In this document: piece by piece, positions 57,781 to 64,000 of the stretch
Numbering within the stretch: position 1 is the stretch's first letter
Layout: each line of letters starts with the position of its first letter
DNA from: a phage
Direction: 5' to 3' (one strand)
DNA: 64,000 nt
NCBI GenBank assembly: GCA_020241125.1
Contig: GCA_020241125.1_4708.1
Translations under genes and position numbers: made by a program
Notes under the pieces: generated by a model
What the model was told of the DNA's origin: nothing
Database searches by the model: none
The model's input: the letters and a program-made list of their open reading frames with translations, nothing else

Positions 57781-58307
57781 TTAACGACAGCTTCCTCCCT
57801 CGGTGTTTTCGAGGGAGGTATTTGCCGTTTAAACACTTTCAGCACGTTCGCAAATTCAGCGGCAATAATACAGGCCGAGGTTGATAGCTTATTACTGAAA
57901 ATGAGATCGTCCGGTAAACAATCGAACTGAATACCGTATTGCGTCTTTGTCTCATCAACGATCAATGACGGTGTCGATCTTGTCTTCGCGATGTCGGTGA
58001 TATACAAACGTAGAAATAATTCACCGTCTTCGCTATCCATAAAACGATAGGCGTTACCAGAAAACGCAACACATGGCGTAACGATAAATTGAACACGATC
58101 GTCGGTCGGATGGATATTTAACCAACGTTCGATATCATTACTACTCACATTTCGCATATTTACTACGGTAAAAGCAAATAGCGTATCGTGATGTTTGGAA
58201 TAATGCAGCACGTACGCCGCACCTTTCTTTCTGTGAATCCCTTCAATGTATTCTATTGTCGTATAGCCGGATTTATATAGCTTTACTTGCGGTTTATCAC
58301 TCATCAT
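57771..58307 (-). CDS. hypothetical protein (~178 aa; start at ATGATG with GGGAAGGG RBS)
   Basis: Track ORF 57771..58388 overlaps the upstream gene; internal start chosen. Confidence 0.4.
   Translation of the reverse strand: MMSDKPQVKLYKSGYTTIEYIEGIHRKKGAAYVLHYSKHHDTLFAFTVVNMRNVSSNDIERWLNIHPTDDRVQFIVTPCVAFSGNAYRFMDSEDGELFLRLYITDIAKTRSTPSLIVDETKTQYGIQFDCLPDDLIFSNKLSTSACIIAAEFANVLKVFKRQIPPSKTPREEAVVNQK
57794..57830 (+). terminator. intrinsic terminator (CCTCCCTCG/CGAGGGAGG + TATTTGCCGTTT)
   Basis: 14 nt after stop of 56938..57780; overlaps the 3' end of convergent minus ORF. Confidence 0.6.
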
Positions 58308-58603
58308 AACAACCCTTCCCGTTTCATCGCAGCACGCATACTTGCGTAAAGCGCATTCTTCATCGCACCTGGACGCAACGGATAACAAATCTCATATCGA
58401 CGTCCTTGTTTTACAGCAATTTTCCTTCCATTCAGAAACAACGTGCCATTATCCAGCAACAACTCACCTTGTAGTACCATGAGTCCTGCTTTAACATGAC
58501 GTCCTTCTTCTTTCGTTAAGACCTTATAGCCGTGTTTATCCAATAACCACAATTCGTAGATACCATGCGCAGCCTTCGGCATTACTTTCTTCTTCGTCGT
58601 CAT
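58304..58603 (-). CDS. hypothetical protein (99 aa)
   Basis: ORF track. Confidence 0.45.
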   Translation of the reverse strand: MTTKKKVMPKAAHGIYELWLLDKHGYKVLTKEEGRHVKAGLMVLQGELLLDNGTLFLNGRKIAVKQGRRYEICYPLRPGAMKNALYASMRAAMKREGLL

Positions 58604-58615
58604 GGAAGATCCTCC

Positions 58616-58990
58616 TTAAACTCCTTGTCGGATCATCACCAACCGGAGCATGTTGTATTCCAATGTAGCGCTTTCTAATTCGAATTCATATCGATACCAG
58701 AAATTCGGCTCTAATTGACCTACAACACATTTACGAACATCTGTCTGCACCTTCCTCGACAACACCTGTAACAGTTGTGTTATCTCCGGCTTGAAGTAAT
58801 GCGCCAAACCTAACTGATCAGAATAAAACAGGCCACAATCAAAGATGGCCTGTAAAATAACATATTCAACCATCAGGTGACGCGCATCGGGGTCAGGGAA
58901 TGGCGAACGTAAAGCGAGATCTAACACATCGACGATTGGGCCGACATAAATGGCGGCACGGTACTCACGAATAACACTGATGTTATCCAT
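58616..58990 (-). CDS. hypothetical protein (124 aa)
   Basis: ORF track. Confidence 0.5.
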   Translation of the reverse strand: MDNISVIREYRAAIYVGPIVDVLDLALRSPFPDPDARHLMVEYVILQAIFDCGLFYSDQLGLAHYFKPEITQLLQVLSRKVQTDVRKCVVGQLEPNFWYRYEFELESATLEYNMLRLVMIRQGV

Positions 58991-59003
58991 GATAACCTAT
59001 TCG

Positions 59004-59828
59004 TTAACTATCGCTTTCTGACGTATCGACGTAGTTGAAAATACGATCCCGTAAACACTCGTAACGAGGCAACGCGCTAAGAATGATCATCTTCAACTGC
59101 ATCGCGATCGATACACGTTCTTCATTCGATGCATCGTCTCCCCATTTACCCGGCTTAACCTGAATGGGTTCGTGCGGATCCTGCGGGAATATAAAACTTA
59201 ACAACAGATAATCTGTGCGGAACTCCCACACTTCTCGACCGTCGTTATCGGTTTCCTTACGCAACGTGAAGAGTTGACGTTCGGTGGTTGGATCCAACAT
59301 CAGCGGTCGGCCACGAACAATCTCCAGTTTACGTGGGCTGACGAACGTCGTACGTTCAGGAAGGTATTTTTCAACATCATCCGTATCCAACAAGAACAAA
59401 ATGATGTCGTCGAAATACTTCGGTGCGTACGTGTGTATCGGTTCACCGTCGCTATACGAAGAGATCTCTTGAAGTATTGGTGTCTTACACGAAAAGTTCT
59501 GGCATGAGCCGCGGGTGATCGGTAAGGTGGTCCATTGATGTTCTGTAGACAATTCAACAGGCACTAACGGATAGTCATCAATGAAAACCACACACGTTGT
59601 ACTAATGGGTATTCTTCCATCATTACCGGGTTCAAAAACCAAACGTATCTTACCGGTAATCAACGCCATCTCATCTGGCATTAAATGGCTTGCTGAACGG
59701 GCAAGTCTGAAACCGCTCGCCTGTTTATAAGGTTCGGGTTTATAGCCACGGACAATAAGAGACACATCCGCAAGTTCAACGCTCACGAATGCATCTTTGA
59801 TGTCTTCATTGTTCGTCGTTAACGTCAT
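59004..59828 (-). CDS. hypothetical protein (274 aa)
   Basis: ORF track. Confidence 0.55.
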   Translation of the reverse strand: MTLTTNNEDIKDAFVSVELADVSLIVRGYKPEPYKQASGFRLARSASHLMPDEMALITGKIRLVFEPGNDGRIPISTTCVVFIDDYPLVPVELSTEHQWTTLPITRGSCQNFSCKTPILQEISSYSDGEPIHTYAPKYFDDIILFLLDTDDVEKYLPERTTFVSPRKLEIVRGRPLMLDPTTERQLFTLRKETDNDGREVWEFRTDYLLLSFIFPQDPHEPIQVKPGKWGDDASNEERVSIAMQLKMIILSALPRYECLRDRIFNYVDTSESDS

Positions 59829-60843
59829 TGTTCATTTTCTCCATTGCAACGAATCGTTCAAGCTCGCGTAATAAACGCTCTTTTAACGCAGGATCAACTT
59901 CCGGAGCATGTTTATCACGATACCACTCTGTCCCGTTGTATTGCAGGCTAACATGCCATGTTCCTAACGGGCTTTCCTCTGCAGCGGCGATGAAATTCTT
60001 AACGCCGGTTTTGGTAGGATACTCCATGATAGGAATAGCCTGCTTCAGATCCATTACGGTAAGATCCTGGAAGTTATAATCCAGGAGCGTTAATGCACGT
60101 TTGTCGCGTAACAGTAACCCGCAATCCAAGATAGTGAAATCGATACCCCAAAATTGTAGCTTACCGCCCGTACTGATAGGAATATGACCGCGATAAACCG
60201 CGAGATAAATCTCACCTTTATCGGTTTCTTTATTGTATCCTGCGATGAATGCTGCGGTAATTAACGGCTGATCGCCTTTCGCAAAGAAAACAGGATGCGT
60301 ACGATAAAGCCAATCATTACGGATTAAATCGGATACCTGACCTAAACGTGCCGTGGGCACCATTGTCGATCCTAAGTCACTATTACTAACTTCGAATTGG
60401 TAATATTCAAACAGAACACCGTCGACTTCTTCTTTAGCGTATGGTTCACGATCCGGATTAGCGAGTATATAACGCAACTTATTATCGATTTCGGCTACGC
60501 GTTCCTCATGGGTATCCATAAGGCTAGTGACGACGAAAGCAGCCAGATTACGTACGCTAAGGAACACGTCGTCTTTCTCCTGGTCGCTTAGTCCTTCTTC
60601 ATCTGCTAGCGTTGTCCAATGCAGTGGTCCCTCCACCATTTTCAACCATTTGTCTTCACGCTCTGGGTAAACAAAGGGCTTGTGTACAGGAACGCTGGTA
60701 TGCTGCACACGCAATAGTAACGAACAAGGGGATTGCATTATCGACTCCCATGGCACTATACCACTCGTGACAGCGATGACGTGACGATTAAGAACAAGAG
60801 AAGCTGAATAAGTAATGTTATCTAATCCTGGTAATTGATCCAT
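59806..60843 (-). CDS. hypothetical protein (345 aa)
   Basis: ORF track; AT-rich 300-bp region upstream. Confidence 0.55.
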   Translation of the reverse strand: MDQLPGLDNITYSASLVLNRHVIAVTSGIVPWESIMQSPCSLLLRVQHTSVPVHKPFVYPEREDKWLKMVEGPLHWTTLADEEGLSDQEKDDVFLSVRNLAAFVVTSLMDTHEERVAEIDNKLRYILANPDREPYAKEEVDGVLFEYYQFEVSNSDLGSTMVPTARLGQVSDLIRNDWLYRTHPVFFAKGDQPLITAAFIAGYNKETDKGEIYLAVYRGHIPISTGGKLQFWGIDFTILDCGLLLRDKRALTLLDYNFQDLTVMDLKQAIPIMEYPTKTGVKNFIAAAEESPLGTWHVSLQYNGTEWYRDKHAPEVDPALKERLLRELERFVAMEKMNNDVNDEQ

Positions 60844-61098
60844 GATAGAAATCCTTAGTATGTTTGATATGTTGTTTAATTAACATATTAAGTTTAAAAG
60901 AGGTTATGTTTTACGTATTGTTAATAACGTATTCTTATCTCTATTAAGTTATGTTCTATCTAAAGATAGTAAACAGATATAATGCTCCCCACCTCCCCAT
61001 TCTCCCAAGTAATACTGGCCTACCGGCCCTCTCCTTTTTAAGGGAGAGAGTAAGCATTCAGTATTGCTCAAATGAATAAGCAAAACAGTATAAACTTA

Positions 61099-61122
61099 CC
61101 GTCTCGAGATAACTCGAGACGG
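61099..61122 (-). terminator. perfect palindromic hairpin CCGTCTCGAG-ATAA-CTCGAGACGG with U-rich tail in minus sense
   Basis: 30 nt after stop of 61152..61505. Confidence 0.6.
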
Positions 61123-61151
61123 CGTAGTAGTATCTGTTTATCTCTTTTATG

Positions 61152-61505
61152 CTAACAGCCTATTTCTGCATGAACCTTTAACGATTCGAATACATCTTGC
61201 TTCTTTATCATCGTCTTGTATAAACGTGATTGAGCAATGATCTTTATCCATTGTTGTGGATCGCGTAAATTCACATTTTCAAAACGGGGTGGGGTATTAT
61301 CTCCGTCGAGTCGGATATACCCTAAGAGCAATCCTTCATGGTCTCCTCGACGGATTTCGATATGCGGTTTGAGGAAGACATGATTGTCTGGTGGATACCA
61401 GCTTACGGTGTAGTAATGGTTTCCTGAAACAACGAATTCGTGAACGGCTTTTGTCTCATCGTCAATGACCGCATTTACGCTGGGAATCATTAATTTTTGA
61501 AGCAT
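61152..61505 (-). CDS. hypothetical protein (117 aa)
   Basis: ORF track. Confidence 0.5.
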   Translation of the reverse strand: MLQKLMIPSVNAVIDDETKAVHEFVVSGNHYYTVSWYPPDNHVFLKPHIEIRRGDHEGLLLGYIRLDGDNTPPRFENVNLRDPQQWIKIIAQSRLYKTMIKKQDVFESLKVHAEIGC

Positions 61506-62089
61506 GGGACATAAACCTCCATCAACATCGCATAAAGCGCACCAAGCCCATGCAGGACTTGGTTAGGTGCAAAGGTCGGAGTGTAGCATACTTGTTCGGT
61601 TGGTGCTTGTTGACGTAAGTCTAACGGATCTCCGTTGATAAGCATCTGCAGGAGATCAGCATCATCTTGCAATGTGTCTTCATCGATATACGCATCAACA
61701 CAAAGCAGTCGGTGTAACTGTTCTGGTTTAATTGAAATACCTACAACCATGCAGTTGTTGTAGGTGGCGTTGTCCAGAAAGAAGTGAATGACGCCCGCTT
61801 GAGGATCGCCACCGTAGTGGAGCCAACGCGTAAAACCAGCCGACATCATCCATAGCGGGTTGTGTTGTAACGCACTGACGACGCGGGTCTCGAAATCCAA
61901 ACCAAACTTCTGGAAGATTGCGCCCATCTGGAAACGATCTTCATCGAGACGGTAACGGAATATACAGGCATCCGATCCCGTTGAGTTATCATACACCGAA
62001 AGATACCCACGATGGATTTCCACGGTAACATTGTTGTCGTCAAGCGTGGCGCTCGCAACGCCGTTAGAAAAGGTTGGAACAAAGCTCAT
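61490..62089 (-). CDS. hypothetical protein (199 aa)
   Basis: ORF track. Confidence 0.5.
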   Translation of the reverse strand: MSFVPTFSNGVASATLDDNNVTVEIHRGYLSVYDNSTGSDACIFRYRLDEDRFQMGAIFQKFGLDFETRVVSALQHNPLWMMSAGFTRWLHYGGDPQAGVIHFFLDNATYNNCMVVGISIKPEQLHRLLCVDAYIDEDTLQDDADLLQMLINGDPLDLRQQAPTEQVCYTPTFAPNQVLHGLGALYAMLMEVYVPCFKN

Positions 62090-62637
62090 CTTGTAATCCT
62101 TAATTTACCTGAATGAATTATCGTTGATGGGTCCACGACGCGACCGTATTTCGCGTTACGTAATACACGATGCCCAAAGAAGTCAGCGGTTTCCAAAACA
62201 ACCGTGTAACAACCCAGCTGATGTTGATGTCCCCAAAACCGTTCAATGGGAATCCAGCAGGGCGACATGCCTTTGTGTCGCCAATCCGTAACACAGCCGA
62301 ATTCAGCAAACTGTTCAGTAAACCACTCGTCAATGTCGGTATCCGTAAAGAGAAACACGTGGTTTTTAACCAGATAAGCGAACCCAGGATAAAAAAGCTG
62401 AGGGTCATCTGGGTCACGGAGATAAACACGAAGTTTGTCTAGCGTACCCTCGACAACGATTGTATCGGGTAATCCTGGCGGCGTGAACCGAAGTTGGAAG
62501 TTATCCTCGTTTGCCGAGGCGTTAACCAAATACCCCAGTTGAAGGGGTCGATGCAATTCGAAAAGGTTAAACGTTAATGCATATTCGATATACTCTAATC
62601 CTATATTCATGTCTGACCTATGTGGTATGGACGGCAT
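62086..62637 (-). CDS. hypothetical protein (183 aa)
   Basis: ORF track; ATGA overlap with downstream gene. Confidence 0.5.
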   Translation of the reverse strand: MPSIPHRSDMNIGLEYIEYALTFNLFELHRPLQLGYLVNASANEDNFQLRFTPPGLPDTIVVEGTLDKLRVYLRDPDDPQLFYPGFAYLVKNHVFLFTDTDIDEWFTEQFAEFGCVTDWRHKGMSPCWIPIERFWGHQHQLGCYTVVLETADFFGHRVLRNAKYGRVVDPSTIIHSGKLRITR

Positions 62638-62742
62638 TGCATTGCCTTCCGCGAGTGTAATCAGGAAGGTAATGTAGGTTTATTTTAATCTCCATTTCGC
62701 GATGATATGACAGTCTTTATTACGTTTACCATCTGAGGGAGC

Positions 62743-63987
62743 ATGCTCATGTCTTCTATTTTACAGGTGTTTAATGCGCATGCGGAAGGCATTGACATCG
62801 ACGAGTATTTTGTTAATCAGGTTATCCGTTACGCGACACGCTTCCGTACGCAAGACCAAGAACACATGCGTTTTTTCGGTGGGGTTCTGTTAGGTGTACA
62901 GAAAATCCGATTCACAACAAGACATAACGATACATGGTTTTCCGACGTCTTGATGATGGATGAAGAAAGCTTACGGCGCGATTTGAGTAAACTACCCTTC
63001 TACAATACGCAGACCAACCGTGTTGCCTCAAACGCCTTTAACCTAAGTTGCTGTTGGTTGCTTTATGCGATCTTCCACAGCAAACAAATCAAAAAAGAAA
63101 AGGTTCGTGAAGCCGGGATGCTTGCAGCAATGCAAGTCCTCCATTATAAATTCATTTGCGGTCTGGTAGCACGACGTTATCCTTATAACGCCGATCCGGC
63201 TATCGCCATTAAGGCGTACGATGAGTTAACCCTCAAATCAGGCATCAAGCGCATGAATAGCTGGAATGAGTACATCGACGAACGCTGTAACGCCATCATT
63301 GCGCGCAATAGCACGCATCTCAGTCGCTGGTCAACCCTGGAACCAGATAGTGTCGCCGAACGTTTTGTGCGTGATGTGAATACCGGAATCCGTAAGGTTA
63401 TCAACCGTATCACCGATACGTACTATGCGATGTATGAAGAGGGTAAGAAGATAGGCACGTCCTCTCAAACTGTAGAATTAGACGACGGCCTCGCTGTTCG
63501 CGATATCAAACGCAACGAAACCACTTATCGTCAATATCTGTTCGAAATCGCTTATGACCGAACAAGTTTCGTTAAACGTGAACTCATGGTCGTCATCCTC
63601 GACGTGCATCATACTACCAATCTTTTATCCCTTGAGCGAGCGTTAAGCTATATCAGCGCTAACGTAGAACGACCGACAAGAGACGGAAAACAGGTCTCTC
63701 AGATGTTGCGGCTTGTAATGGAGCATGCTATCGAGTATATCATCTTGAATAAGGTCGATATGCGCGATCTTACGTTCTTATTCTACATGCGTAACGTGTA
63801 CACGTCCAACCGTACCAGCAACCCGAAACTGTTAGAACTGCGTAAACTTGGCTCTGAAGTCATTAAGAAAGCAACCAACGCGAGAAACGACGCTGAAGCT
63901 GCAGCGACACGTACCGGTGTCTTTCTGTATATCCTGCTTCGTGTGTTTAGCCGTAACTATTACGTTCGACGTGCGATGTCACGTTAA
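62743..63987 (+). CDS. hypothetical protein (414 aa)
   Basis: Plus ORF with GAGGGA RBS. Confidence 0.55.
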   Translation: MLMSSILQVFNAHAEGIDIDEYFVNQVIRYATRFRTQDQEHMRFFGGVLLGVQKIRFTTRHNDTWFSDVLMMDEESLRRDLSKLPFYNTQTNRVASNAFNLSCCWLLYAIFHSKQIKKEKVREAGMLAAMQVLHYKFICGLVARRYPYNADPAIAIKAYDELTLKSGIKRMNSWNEYIDERCNAIIARNSTHLSRWSTLEPDSVAERFVRDVNTGIRKVINRITDTYYAMYEEGKKIGTSSQTVELDDGLAVRDIKRNETTYRQYLFEIAYDRTSFVKRELMVVILDVHHTTNLLSLERALSYISANVERPTRDGKQVSQMLRLVMEHAIEYIILNKVDMRDLTFLFYMRNVYTSNRTSNPKLLELRKLGSEVIKKATNARNDAEAAATRTGVFLYILLRVFSRNYYVRRAMSR

Positions 63988-64000
63988 CAATGTAACGGTA

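Noticed and set aside
60970-60985. Host sigma70 promoter at the TATAAT hexamer near 60977
   Set aside because: No convincing -35 element at 17+/-1 bp and the orientation is antisense to flanking genes; kept only as part of the AT-rich region observation.
1-64000. CRISPR arrays, integrase/transposase or prophage boundary signals
   Set aside because: No regularly spaced direct repeats and no recombinase-like ORFs were seen; the gene content is that of a lytic jumbo-phage genome segment.

Overview
This 64-kb window reads as a segment of a nucleus-forming jumbo phage (phiKZ-like, chimallivirus-type) with enterobacterium-like codon usage and AGGAGG-type ribosome-binding sites. Genes are densely packed and mostly on the minus strand, with plus-strand islands at 19.4-23.1 kb, 32.3-32.6 kb, 48.2-49.3 kb, 56.9-57.8 kb and 62.7-64.0 kb. 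Recognisable products: a PhuZ-type tubulin; a 631-aa candidate chimallin (nuclear-shell protein) directly upstream of a multisubunit-RNAP beta' N-terminal subunit gene; separate RNAP beta C-terminal and beta' C-terminal subunit genes; a Dam-type methyltransferase (cut by the window start) carrying a G11 tract; a ThyA-family thymidylate synthase with two insertions; SNF2-type and DExH-type helicases; a DUF285/BspA-type repeat protein; a DnaQ-like exonuclease; two metallophosphoesterases; and an SSB-like protein. The main finding is a 350-nt ORF-less insertion that splits the beta' gene exactly in front of the catalytic DFDGD codons, which I interpret as a self-splicing intron. Also notable: four copies of a conserved TATATTAC-core promoter-like motif 40-85 nt upstream of minus-strand genes, and a family of CCCTCCC/GGGAGGG hairpins, many followed by a UUUAUGC tail. 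Most ORFs have no recognisable function. No tRNA, rRNA, CRISPR array or transposase was found. All calls come from reading the sequence and remembered motifs; no database search was run. Coordinates of non-ORF features are +/-2 nt.
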